Virus record (IMG/VR): IMGVR_UViG_3300037067_006488
Coordinates: 1 to 64,000 of that record
Length of the DNA: 64,000 nt
Reading direction: 5' to 3' (one strand)
Source: a virus
Lineage: Duplodnaviria; Caudoviricetes
The notes below the pieces were generated by a model, which was not told the DNA's origin, did no database searches, and saw only the letters and a list, made by a program, of their open reading frames with translations. The position numbers and the translations under genes are program-made. Of this stretch, positions 25,979 through 36,135 are shown piece after piece. Numbering within the stretch: position 1 is the first letter of the stretch; each line of letters starts with the position of its first letter.

Positions 25979-27838
25979 TTATAGAACAGTTATCGCATTC
26001 TTACTGTTGTTCTTTATCACATAATATATTATTACCGTTGGTGTTGTAAGACTACTATCATAATTTGCGTTTATTGTAATTACATTAGTCCCAGTTGTCA
26101 CCGACCATGAACCAGTTAACGTACCTGCTGAAACAGCATCATCTTCGGCTGTGCTTGCAAGTTCGATTGTCCCCGTATAACTTGCTGCTTTGTTGACATA
26201 TTGATATTTAACTATCCCGCTTATTGCTTGCATATCTGTCCCTTCAGTTGCGGTAATGGTATATTCAACAATTCCACCGCACATTCCTAATGTGGGTAAT
26301 GCAATGGTGGCTATTCCTGTGGCCGATCCGTCTGCTAATACTTTACTACCAGTAATAATTCTATCCACATTTGCTCCTGCGTGCATGACCCCGATTTTAA
26401 CATTACTTTCTTCACTTGTATTTGTTACATTAGTATGTGACCAACTTATCTTTCCTGCCATTCTTTCGTTTCCGGTTGCACTCTGAGCATATAAATCAAT
26501 TGATCCCCCAATCCCTGCTGCTGCTGTACCAGAACTAAGGCGAGATATTTTAATTTGACTTGTAATAGTATTTGTAGACGATGGATAACTTTGGAAGTCT
26601 GCTATTCTTGCTCCTGATGTGGTAGACATCCACCCAGCCAACCCAGATGTAGAGCTAAAATAGCCTCCGTAACCACTTACTGAAACACCCTGAACGCCTC
26701 TACCGCCACCTGAATTTAAACCATATACCGAACTCTTAGTGGCTGCTGCACTTGCTGATGTATTCGCATATAGCGCATAATCTAATTTACTGTAAGCAAA
26801 TAATCCATATAAGGAATCCGAACCAGAGTATGATCCTGATCCCTTTCCATAATTATAATACCATGCTCCGTATTTTGTATTATCAGTTGATATTGTTTGT
26901 GCATATATACCAGTCCCGTTTGTTGATTCTGCTTTAAGACCATATCCGTTGGTTGATCGACCTAAACCTCCTGTTTCGTGTGTGGATATAGCTATAAATC
27001 CAGGGCCGTAAGTACTTGTTGCAGATAATCCTCCGGTTAAATTACCAACAAAATTTCCACCATAATCAAATGTAGATGTAGCTCTTATACCATACTCTGT
27101 GTCACCATAAGCATCAATGGCCGGATAATTCAAGGCCGTTAATATAATCTGTGCTTTATGCGGTGAATATAATTTAAAACTTCCCGTTACATTATTAGTG
27201 GTAGTCCACGCTGTTCCATTGGTAGAATAAGCATGCATCGCCGTCCCCTCATTCTTTGTGTCTAATGAAATAGTACCACCAGACGGAGCAGCACTTCTCT
27301 GCATAACTATCCAATAACTTGTGCCTGCAACTAAATTTTGATTTGTAGTCTGTGTTCTTACTTCTTTATATGTTTTATCAAGATAACCATATCTCGCATT
27401 CTCTTGAATAACCCCAACTTTAGTTCCCGGAACACCAGCATTATCTGAATATATCCACATATACCAATAATTTGTAACATTTGTTATTGTCCCTGTTCGT
27501 TTAGCAAAAACACCAAACGATAGGATAGATATATTACTTGTCGGTGTGAACTTAAACGCTTCATAAGTATGAGCAAATTCCAAGTCAGTGCCTGTGTTTG
27601 CGCTGCCATCCAAAGCGACTATTTCAGAATGTGTGATCGTTAGGTTTTCTTTATCAACACCAGTACCATCTAAAGTTAGGTCTCCTGTTATATTCCCCGC
27701 ATTTATTGTAGCCTGTCCGCTTGTTTCTAACTGACTTCTTGTATATCCATTATTGTTGCCACCTATGCTTATTACTTGTTGTGCTTTTACGGTTAATACA
27801 GAAAATGATAGTATAAATAAAATAATTCCTGTTTTCAT
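25979..27838 (-). CDS. signal-peptide-bearing tail-fibre-like protein (Gly-rich beta repeats)
   Basis: MKTGIILFILSFSVLTVKA|QQ; repeated G.YG.S..G.G units; alternative start 27859. Confidence 0.75.
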   Translation of the reverse strand: MKTGIILFILSFSVLTVKAQQVISIGGNNNGYTRSQLETSGQATINAGNITGDLTLDGTGVDKENLTITHSEIVALDGSANTGTDLEFAHTYEAFKFTPTSNISILSFGVFAKRTGTITNVTNYWYMWIYSDNAGVPGTKVGVIQENARYGYLDKTYKEVRTQTTNQNLVAGTSYWIVMQRSAAPSGGTISLDTKNEGTAMHAYSTNGTAWTTTNNVTGSFKLYSPHKAQIILTALNYPAIDAYGDTEYGIRATSTFDYGGNFVGNLTGGLSATSTYGPGFIAISTHETGGLGRSTNGYGLKAESTNGTGIYAQTISTDNTKYGAWYYNYGKGSGSYSGSDSLYGLFAYSKLDYALYANTSASAAATKSSVYGLNSGGGRGVQGVSVSGYGGYFSSTSGLAGWMSTTSGARIADFQSYPSSTNTITSQIKISRLSSGTAAAGIGGSIDLYAQSATGNERMAGKISWSHTNVTNTSEESNVKIGVMHAGANVDRIITGSKVLADGSATGIATIALPTLGMCGGIVEYTITATEGTDMQAISGIVKYQYVNKAASYTGTIELASTAEDDAVSAGTLTGSWSVTTGTNVITINANYDSSLTTPTVIIYYVIKNNSKNAITVL

Positions 27839-27865
27839 TACTATAAATATATTCTTCATAACATC

Positions 27866-29695
27866 CTAATTTAATTGTATCCTTATATCCGTACCCTGGT
27901 TAATAATACTGTCAACTCCAAAGCCTATCCTTCCCGGTGGTGGTGGATTCGGATTACTTGCCTCTGTCACCGTTACTGTCCACTCCTGAGTTGATTCATC
28001 CAGTGCTGTCACCGTGTAAACAACCGGAGAAGTAAAGTCTGTTGCTGTTCCGCTTGTAGGTGAAATTGTCGCTCCTTCTGATACTGTTATCGTAGGTTGT
28101 AATGCTGTTACTGACGTGCCGTATTCTACTTCGATACTCACAGTATGATTTGCGGTGTCTATTGTGGCTGTGCCTGTTTGTTGAGTGAATATGAAAGTTA
28201 GGATGTTGTTGTCGGTGGTGTCAAGAAACCCATATTCCGAGTAACCCAAATCGGGAGCTGAACCAAAGAATGTTAATACCACTCCTGACGAATCCGATTC
28301 AGGGATTTGTATGCCTCCGTCTATTAAATCAGAACCTTCTTTTAGTTTTAGGAAGGTTATATCGGGCAATGCTCCCCCCGCCTTTCGGGAAGCTGTCATT
28401 TGAGCCACTCCCTGAACTGAATCAGTTAAAATAAAATCATCATCGGTTACGGTGAAATCTAAAGATAAACAGGACTTAGGCACGCTTCCAATATCACATG
28501 AATCGAAAGTATTATTTGATTCTGTGTATGCTTGCCAAAAAACAGCATAATAAGGTCTCATGGCAGCATCAAATCCTAAAGGTTCATAAGATATATTATT
28601 CCTGTAAACACTCATAGGGTAAAGACAATCATTACTGCTTGCTGAAAAATTACCCGTATTCCTATATGCTGTGTTGTTATAAAGTAAAGAACCGTCTTTA
28701 TAATATGGATCATAGTCAGACTGTCCGAATCCAGCTCCTGTATTAAAGGCAGCTATGTTGTTTCTTAAAATCCTGTCGTAACCAATGGAATCCCCTAAAT
28801 GCAATACTCCTTCACCATCTATATACGCACTGTCGCCCCTTGCTGCTCCGAATTTAAACCCGGTTCCATCCCTTGCTCCAATAAATCCATGTAAAAATGA
28901 CCAGCAATCTTTAAATAAAAAATCCCCACTGCCGCTAATATCGAATCCGTCATCTGTACAGTTCCATGCCCTGCATCCTATCCATTCAAGATAACCACCC
29001 GCTTCACTATCACACTTCCAACCATCCGCACCATTACCCGGGACCACACTCAGGGAATCATTACAGTTATAAGCATCACAATTAATAAAACGAGTAGTAT
29101 CTGTTTCGATTCCATTAAATCCACAAGTGCCGGAATAGGCAAACCCACGACCGCCAATATTATAAGCAATGCAATTTTCAAATGTCATGTTGTGAGGATA
29201 CCAACCTGCACCAAAGCCAGAGGCAACGCTGCCATTCAGGGGTTGTAATACATTTCTTAATGTAAGCCCTTTGAAATACAAATAGCCTGTATTATTTAAG
29301 TCAATACCGCTGTTTGATGTGTTGCCGGTAGTGTCAACGTTAATGCAATCTAAAATCGGAGTTTCACCGGGATATGCAAAAAAACAAATAGGATTTTCCG
29401 CTGTCCCTGTATGGCCTATGCCGCTTGATGGACTATAATATGTTGTATGGATATATACAACGCTATTGCCGTAAGAGTGTTCTGAGGGATACCAAATCCC
29501 TGATCTAAAATATACCGTATCCCCTGCATCTGCCGTTTCAAAAGCGTGCTGCCAAGTAGCCCAGGGAAGGCTTATATCCGTGCCCGTGTTTTCATCACTT
29601 GCATTTGCGTTATATGCCGTATCCTGCACATAATATGTAGCTGAATTAGCGATTAAAGAAAAGCAGACAAATAATATAATTAGTTTTAGTTTCAT
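27866..29695 (-). CDS. signal-peptide-bearing PL9-like right-handed beta-helix lyase/depolymerase with a C-terminal DUF5018-like Ig domain
   Basis: ATYYV..PWATWQHA..AGDTVYFRSG; NGADGWK..GCRAWNCTDDGFD..GFKFG; ATISPTSG..DFTSPVVYTVTA. Confidence 0.8.
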   Translation of the reverse strand: MKLKLIILFVCFSLIANSATYYVQDTAYNANASDENTGTDISLPWATWQHAFETADAGDTVYFRSGIWYPSEHSYGNSVVYIHTTYYSPSSGIGHTGTAENPICFFAYPGETPILDCINVDTTGNTSNSGIDLNNTGYLYFKGLTLRNVLQPLNGSVASGFGAGWYPHNMTFENCIAYNIGGRGFAYSGTCGFNGIETDTTRFINCDAYNCNDSLSVVPGNGADGWKCDSEAGGYLEWIGCRAWNCTDDGFDISGSGDFLFKDCWSFLHGFIGARDGTGFKFGAARGDSAYIDGEGVLHLGDSIGYDRILRNNIAAFNTGAGFGQSDYDPYYKDGSLLYNNTAYRNTGNFSASSNDCLYPMSVYRNNISYEPLGFDAAMRPYYAVFWQAYTESNNTFDSCDIGSVPKSCLSLDFTVTDDDFILTDSVQGVAQMTASRKAGGALPDITFLKLKEGSDLIDGGIQIPESDSSGVVLTFFGSAPDLGYSEYGFLDTTDNNILTFIFTQQTGTATIDTANHTVSIEVEYGTSVTALQPTITVSEGATISPTSGTATDFTSPVVYTVTALDESTQEWTVTVTEASNPNPPPPGRIGFGVDSIINQGTDIRIQLN

Positions 29696-30432
29696 AATCC
29701 ATATTTAGTAACCAAATAATTATATATTGCCGTTTCATCATCATCGGTGTCGTCAATGCTTCTTAAAATAAATTCTTTAATTGAAAAGTTACCATAAACG
29801 GCCTGTGTAGATATTCTTCCTAAGTGAATACCATCCATCACCCCCGTCCCGAAATTACCCGTTACGGCTGTTTCTGTGTCTATTTGTATTTTAGATGAAG
29901 CACCGCTAAAAACAATTCTCAACACCACCCATTCACCTATTGCCGCATAAGACAACTCGGATGAAACGCCCCCCGAATAGGCAAGGATATTGGGCGTAGT
30001 CCCGTATTGTTGAATAACTCCATTAGCATTTGAAAAGCCACTAAACAAACCTTCACCGTCCGTCCATGATTCTTGCCTGATAACTGCATAAATCTGGTGT
30101 GGCTGAGATAATCCGGTAATTTCAATTACCGCTCTGTCATTATCACCGTCAAAGATTACAGAATCACCCCGGAATATCGGTCTGCCGGTCTGCCCAAAAT
30201 TTGAAAGCAAATGATAATCATTACCTGATATATCATTCCATACTGTTAAGGAATCATTTATTTCTGTAATATTATCCGCACTTGCAACATACCATGCCAC
30301 CGTATTCGCATTAAGAACATCAGGAATCCCGTCATCAACCGCCCCGCTCCCCCTATAAAACGGATACCTCCCTATCTGCCCGAACATAAGGACAGACAAG
30401 AATAATAAGGGAATTGTTATTAATCGTTTCAT
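29692..30432 (-). CDS. signal-peptide-bearing ConA/LamG-like lectin-fold protein
   Basis: MKRLITIPLLFLSVLMFG|Q; VAWYVA..WNDISGNDYHL..FDGDND..IYNYLVTKYG. Confidence 0.72.
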   Translation of the reverse strand: MKRLITIPLLFLSVLMFGQIGRYPFYRGSGAVDDGIPDVLNANTVAWYVASADNITEINDSLTVWNDISGNDYHLLSNFGQTGRPIFRGDSVIFDGDNDRAVIEITGLSQPHQIYAVIRQESWTDGEGLFSGFSNANGVIQQYGTTPNILAYSGGVSSELSYAAIGEWVVLRIVFSGASSKIQIDTETAVTGNFGTGVMDGIHLGRISTQAVYGNFSIKEFILRSIDDTDDDETAIYNYLVTKYGL

Positions 30433-30435
30433 GGC

Positions 30436-31362
30436 TTAATATGTTGGTACTTTATATCCTGAAAGTGTAAGTATCAGTAATGACGGTTTATTCCCGGCAC
30501 TTACCCCGCTTATCGTACACCAAACAAACACACCGGGAGGGATAACAGCATTAGCAAAACTGGTATCATTATCTCCTGTCGTTATACTCGTTACCGTGTA
30601 AGCAGATTCATTTAAGTTTGTCGCTGAACCAGATTTAAAGGTTGCGTGCCAAGATACTTGTACCGCCACCGTTTCCGTTCCACTCCCTTCAGCAAGTACA
30701 CCCCGTAAAGCTGTTACGTGTATTGTGTCGCTTCCCGCATTATAAAATGAACCTGCTATTGCATTGTTGGTGAACGAAGCCGTGTCAGCCGCTAATCCAC
30801 TGCCAAGCCCAAAGACAAATATCGGTATCGTATCTGTCTTTAGATTTATGTCATTTGTATTCAACGGAATTGCGGAAAACACCCCGTCATCCATTCCGAA
30901 TATAGTATCCACACTCGCCACCTCATTTGCACCTATCGTAAAGGCCGCAAGGCTGTCATGGACTATTGAAGATACATTTGCCGCCGTCTGGAAACTCGTT
31001 AAATCTCCGGCTACTGTGAAGGCAGAATCAACTAAGGCTGATTGTGTAACATACGTACTTAAATCTCCAGCCACAACAAACGCTGAGTCCACAAGTGCTG
31101 TTTGCTTTACATAATTTACAACTGTATCATGGACAATCCCTGATACGGTAGCGGCATCAACTCCACTTACTTCTAATAAATCAGAATAAGAGGCTATACC
31201 TCCCACCGCTCCGGTGGTGTCTGCCCAATGCAACACATTAGCTGAGTCCGCAGCCCATGAAGCGTCTGAACTGGTTGAACTGCTCCCGCTAATACTGATA
31301 ACCTGCTGCCCGAATGATATACTGCATATCAGGCTTAATACAATAATAAGTTTTGTTTTCAT
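30436..31362 (-). CDS. signal-peptide-bearing fibre-like protein with an internal 20-aa tandem repeat
   Basis: MKTKLIIVLSLICSISFG|QQ; YVxQxALVDSAFxVAGDL twice. Confidence 0.72.
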   Translation of the reverse strand: MKTKLIIVLSLICSISFGQQVISISGSSSTSSDASWAADSANVLHWADTTGAVGGIASYSDLLEVSGVDAATVSGIVHDTVVNYVKQTALVDSAFVVAGDLSTYVTQSALVDSAFTVAGDLTSFQTAANVSSIVHDSLAAFTIGANEVASVDTIFGMDDGVFSAIPLNTNDINLKTDTIPIFVFGLGSGLAADTASFTNNAIAGSFYNAGSDTIHVTALRGVLAEGSGTETVAVQVSWHATFKSGSATNLNESAYTVTSITTGDNDTSFANAVIPPGVFVWCTISGVSAGNKPSLLILTLSGYKVPTY

Positions 31363-31365
31363 GCG

Positions 31366-31617
31366 TTAATCGTTTTTCTTTATCTTAAACAACCCCAAAG
31401 TTAACCCTTCTATAAGAGTGTCCTTTGCCAACAACAAGGCATACCCTAACATAAATACAGGTATTATATCCCTGACGGGGAATAATGCCGGAGAATCGTT
31501 AATAATGGCCTTAATATCGGCATATATCATGAACAAAGCATATAGGGTGATCGGTATACCCATTAACGTTGTTCTCCAATTCTGAAACCGTCTCTTTATG
31601 TTCTCTTGTTGGCTCAT
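31366..31617 (-). CDS. putative holin (2 TM)
   Basis: NWRTTLMG motif followed by two TM segments; start assigned to ATG 31617. Confidence 0.6.
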   Translation of the reverse strand: MSQQENIKRRFQNWRTTLMGIPITLYALFMIYADIKAIINDSPALFPVRDIIPVFMLGYALLLAKDTLIEGLTLGLFKIKKND

Positions 31618-34600
31618 GGTGTATATATGTTTTCGTCTATCGTACCTATCGTCCCTGAAACATAGAACAGAACTTCCGAATCGAAAGCACCTACCGATAT
31701 GCTTCCCGATACGGTGTCTCCGTCTGTGTCTATAAACACACAATTCCCTAAACTAAAAGAATGAGACGCATCCGACCAGTTGCTAAACACCTGTGTAAAG
31801 TCAGCCTCCGATATTCCCGTAACATCGTCGAATGTCCAGTTGTTCTGATTGTAGGTTGACCCTAATTCCCATCCAATATAAGTACCCCATTCTGCAAGAG
31901 TATAAAGCTGCTTGTCTCCCCAATTATGCCTTGACCCTATTATCTTACTGTCGCTCCTGAAAGGATTGAAATAATAGTTGTTGTTAATTGTCATACCCGT
32001 AAAGGATGGTGTATTGTCGTCGCCCCAAGTAAAGCCCGTTGATCCTGTCTCGTCCGTAGCAACAACAGTGTTGTACTGCCACGTCAGATAGTTGGCGTTA
32101 CCGTCGAAAGGCCCCTCTTTGTAAAAACCCGATTGATAACTGTAATAACCGTCAACATCGTGATCTACCGACAAGTTATAGGTAAAAGAGTTGTTGTTGG
32201 AGTTGTATTGGTTAAAGAAACCAACGCCTACACCTACGGTTGTGTTGTTTGTAACGGTAGTATACGCTTGTTTTTCGTCAAGATATATCCCCTGTGTAAT
32301 AGGATAATTCCTGCGCATAAACGAATAATCCGTACCCTGATTAACGACTAAGTTGTTGTTAATGCTTTTGGCTTTGTTTAACATAAACTGATGTACGTAG
32401 ATACCCCCTCCGTCTGTTAGATGTTCGCAAAAGTCGGTAATGTAATTGTTGGCAATAGAAAACGTGCCGTGTGCCAAACCGTCGTAAGCAATAGCCGCAA
32501 TACCCGAATAACCCGTATGTGCAATATAATTACGTTGATACAACAAATTAGATTTGGGGTTCTTAGAATAAAGTCCGTAATACCCTGCAATAGCATCGTC
32601 CCATCCGGGTGTAGAGCCAACACCGTCTATCCAACACCCAACTACTTGTTCGTCTCCCGCTAAACTACCCTGGAAGAATATACCTGCACCGTTAGCGTTC
32701 ATAACAGTGTCGTACCTGTGATAAATGTCGTAGGAGTTATAAATATATATCCCTGCATAAGCAGAATAGTCCGTATTAACATACTCTGTTGTTATATCAT
32801 GGGAGTTCTTGATAGATATATTATACTTGTGCGAACCCCATGTGCTTATGTCTTTTAATGTTATGTTGTAGGAGTCATCTATTGATATGATAGAGTCTTC
32901 TACGGGAGCATATATTGTTAACGAAGAAGGATTTGTGGTGTGATACAAAGTGATAGTCTGTGTCGCATAGTCGTACTTCCACTCCCCGTTCTGGTCAGGC
33001 GTAGTGTTAAACAACGCATAACCAAGTTTAGTCCCTGATGTGTAATGTTTAAGACTATATCCGCTTGTAAAATAAGATGATGTTAGGTTAAACCTTGTTG
33101 CTGTATTGCTGGCAATTTTAACTTTGTCTGCCAACCAATCCTCTACGTTAATATAAGCATAAGCATTTTGATATTGGTTCGTTGTCATACTAAGGTCTGT
33201 ATCGTCAAAGTAAGACAAGAAGTCAGAAGCCACCCCTTCCATTTCATACCATCCCGTATTAGGAGTGCGGGCATTTTGATACCATGTGCCGTTAATAAAC
33301 AAACCGTTAAGGAGTGCTATTCCGTTATCGGTATCTTGGTTTTCGTAATAATCCTTTTCTGTGTCAGGTAATACCACGTCACTCTTAGTCCATAGGTTAG
33401 TGCCCGCACTCGACCAACTTGTTAATTGTTTTGTGCCGTATATAGTAGGACTTATATTACCGTACTTATTCCAACCTACGAGTGTTATATCGTTAGCACT
33501 GTGTATAATAATATTACCGTAGTAAGCAGTATCGCTTATCGCTATTGTTGTAGCTGTAGCCGCCCCTGCAATAATAGAGTTAAGTTCTGTTAAGGTTTGT
33601 TTGGGGGTTGACGCCGTTAAGCCGTCGTTAGCATCGTTCCCGTCAACAGCACAGAAATAGTAATCTGCGGTAACAGGAGTTGTAGGCACTGCTGCACCGT
33701 ATTCTTTATATCCCATACTTGGTGTTGTGCTCCACTGTACGCCGTATAAGTCGTATTCGATAGCAAGGTCTGTGCCTGCATGATAGGCAGGGCTGTATGT
33801 GTTTATCTCGTAAGCAGAATGTCTGCCGTTGACAAACAAAGGATCACCCTCTAAAGAATGCGTCCCCCTTGTCCAAGAACCGTCATCAGGAAAGAATAAA
33901 TTGTAGTCTTCTTCAACATCCCCGTTGTTGTCGTAAATCGGGTAGTCATCATATCCACTTGTGGTATGGATAATATTATTCTTAACTTTTACACCCGAAC
34001 ACCCGCTCCAAACATATATTCCCCTTGGGGTATTGGCGTTGTACGTGGCATAATCTACAATAGTATTGTTGTATATTTCAGCATTGTCGGTAACGTTGTT
34101 TAGTTCTATTGCGGCAAACCAACTGTTGATAATAAGATTGCCGTATATCTCTAAATTAATATTACCGTTAGTTACGTTATATTGTGGCTCTCCTGAAGTG
34201 TTGGGGGTATAAAAACCACGCGTACCGTTCTTAATTACGTTGTACCTAATAATACATTCAGGAGCAAGATATACTGATAAACCCGCCTGTCCCCAATCGT
34301 TGTACGCGTTATAACACTCCATCCTGTTGTGTTCGATAATAGAACCCGATGCAGTGCCGTTATAATTAGCAATATACTTTAAACAATGTTTATATGTCGT
34401 ATTGCTGCGGTCAAGAAGATTATATTTAAAATGACAGTAGTTGCTAAAATATGCGCTTGATGCGCCCCAATCCATACAGTCGCCGTTACCCGCAGACCCA
34501 CGAGAGTTAACATTATAAACATAATTACCTTCTACTGTTACCATGTCGTCAGAACTTGCGCCCCCCCATCCAAAAACGTATACGCCATCTTCAAGAGTCT

Positions 34601-36131
34601 CGTGAATAAGACAATTCTTCAAACCGCCTCCATATATTTGGGCTATACGCATAAGTTGATAGGTTCTTGTTGCGGCATTAGATCGTATCTCGCAATTGTC
34701 AAATGTCACATTATAACAAATACCGTGTGTAAAAACAGTAGCCAATCCTCCTGCTGAACTATATAAATCTATATCCCGTATTGTAATATTAGACCTGTTA
34801 GTTATATCTATTAACCCGTAAGAATCCCCTAAAGAAATTGCTGCTTTTAATATGGGTCTTGTGCCTACACCGTAAGCACCGTAAAACACGTTGTCCTGTG
34901 ATATGTATTCAGGCGTGGTTACACTAAACTCTTGTCCTCTTTTTAAGAAATAATATCTTCCTGATACCTGTGTGAAGTTCATATTGGTGTAATCACCTCC
35001 AACCCCAACAAGATAAGTAAGAGAAGAGTCTATAACCGTTATGTTTACCGTCCCTGTGCCTGTAAGGAACCCGTCGGTAACAGAATATGTCAGTGTATAC
35101 GATCCGTCTGCGGCGTGTGCCTGTATCTTAACGGTAGAATCTGCTATCGCAAAATAGTCTGCACCCGTACCCCCTGTCTCTGTCCATGTTAACGTTCCTC
35201 TCTTTTCGTAGTTACGGTTGTAATTAAGTTCAAGAACAACATCGTCGGCTGCATTTTCTTCTGCGATAGTTACATCTTGATCGTGAGCAATAGGGTATGT
35301 GCTGCTGATTATATTCTTTGCAATAGCATACCTGAAAAGACCCGCTTGCCTTATTATCTGTTGTGCGCCTGCCCTCATAAACCAAACGTGTCTTCCTGTT
35401 GTCGGGGTATATGTCCCCTCTCCTCCGCCTCCGCCTCCGGCAACACCTAATATAAAGTTGGTTGTGCCGTTATCGTATAGGCTGTCTATCTGTGCGTCTG
35501 TTAACGCATAGTTGTAATATTGAAAGTTATCTATATATCCGCTAAAAGAACTCCATCCATCGGCAGTTAAGTTGCCTATTGTTAGAGCATTTGTGTAATC
35601 TACAGGGCTGTTCATTATGCTGTCCGTAGTCTGATCTACGCCGTCAATATATATACGCCCGTATTGACTTGTTGCGCTATATTTAATAAATACTGCGTGT
35701 GTCCATGTGTTGTAGCTATATACACCCGTTCCTGTTCCGGCATTATCTGTAGCATACGCATCCCTAAAATACACTCTTCTGTTAGCTGCATCTAAATAAG
35801 CCTTTAACCCGTTAGCCTGAAAAGCAAAAGGATAGGGAGCCCCCGTTGTCTGTCCGTTACGAAACCAAAAGCTGATTGTTAAACCAGCCCCCGTATTAAG
35901 ATTAAGTTCTGTTGTTGTTGTTGCGTCGTCCTGCTGTCCGTTACGAAAATAAATAGAGTGTGTTGCCTCTTCGTAATATGTTGAGCTGTAACTTACCCCT
36001 CCGGTATTAAAAGAATAGTTACCCATGCTATCCACCGCCTCGTTATTAAAGAACACAGCCATTTGCGGTGGCTGCCCTTTAACATACGCTAAAGCAAAAA
36101 AAAAGAATAATATCGTTATATATCGTTTCAT
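31614..36131 (-). CDS. 1505-aa signal-peptide-bearing adhesin/depolymerase: LamG + cadherin-like Ig + two right-handed beta-helix regions
   Basis: MKRYITILFFFFALAYVKG|Q; TISFWF..WTH..YIDG..GYIDNFQYYNYAL; G6 linker; YTLTYSVTDG; Asn-rich parallel beta-helix repeats. Confidence 0.8.
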   Translation of the reverse strand: MKRYITILFFFFALAYVKGQPPQMAVFFNNEAVDSMGNYSFNTGGVSYSSTYYEEATHSIYFRNGQQDDATTTTELNLNTGAGLTISFWFRNGQTTGAPYPFAFQANGLKAYLDAANRRVYFRDAYATDNAGTGTGVYSYNTWTHAVFIKYSATSQYGRIYIDGVDQTTDSIMNSPVDYTNALTIGNLTADGWSSFSGYIDNFQYYNYALTDAQIDSLYDNGTTNFILGVAGGGGGGEGTYTPTTGRHVWFMRAGAQQIIRQAGLFRYAIAKNIISSTYPIAHDQDVTIAEENAADDVVLELNYNRNYEKRGTLTWTETGGTGADYFAIADSTVKIQAHAADGSYTLTYSVTDGFLTGTGTVNITVIDSSLTYLVGVGGDYTNMNFTQVSGRYYFLKRGQEFSVTTPEYISQDNVFYGAYGVGTRPILKAAISLGDSYGLIDITNRSNITIRDIDLYSSAGGLATVFTHGICYNVTFDNCEIRSNAATRTYQLMRIAQIYGGGLKNCLIHETLEDGVYVFGWGGASSDDMVTVEGNYVYNVNSRGSAGNGDCMDWGASSAYFSNYCHFKYNLLDRSNTTYKHCLKYIANYNGTASGSIIEHNRMECYNAYNDWGQAGLSVYLAPECIIRYNVIKNGTRGFYTPNTSGEPQYNVTNGNINLEIYGNLIINSWFAAIELNNVTDNAEIYNNTIVDYATYNANTPRGIYVWSGCSGVKVKNNIIHTTSGYDDYPIYDNNGDVEEDYNLFFPDDGSWTRGTHSLEGDPLFVNGRHSAYEINTYSPAYHAGTDLAIEYDLYGVQWSTTPSMGYKEYGAAVPTTPVTADYYFCAVDGNDANDGLTASTPKQTLTELNSIIAGAATATTIAISDTAYYGNIIIHSANDITLVGWNKYGNISPTIYGTKQLTSWSSAGTNLWTKSDVVLPDTEKDYYENQDTDNGIALLNGLFINGTWYQNARTPNTGWYEMEGVASDFLSYFDDTDLSMTTNQYQNAYAYINVEDWLADKVKIASNTATRFNLTSSYFTSGYSLKHYTSGTKLGYALFNTTPDQNGEWKYDYATQTITLYHTTNPSSLTIYAPVEDSIISIDDSYNITLKDISTWGSHKYNISIKNSHDITTEYVNTDYSAYAGIYIYNSYDIYHRYDTVMNANGAGIFFQGSLAGDEQVVGCWIDGVGSTPGWDDAIAGYYGLYSKNPKSNLLYQRNYIAHTGYSGIAAIAYDGLAHGTFSIANNYITDFCEHLTDGGGIYVHQFMLNKAKSINNNLVVNQGTDYSFMRRNYPITQGIYLDEKQAYTTVTNNTTVGVGVGFFNQYNSNNNSFTYNLSVDHDVDGYYSYQSGFYKEGPFDGNANYLTWQYNTVVATDETGSTGFTWGDDNTPSFTGMTINNNYYFNPFRSDSKIIGSRHNWGDKQLYTLAEWGTYIGWELGSTYNQNNWTFDDVTGISEADFTQVFSNWSDASHSFSLGNCVFIDTDGDTVSGSISVGAFDSEVLFYVSGTIGTIDENIYTP

Positions 36132-36135
36132 ATCT

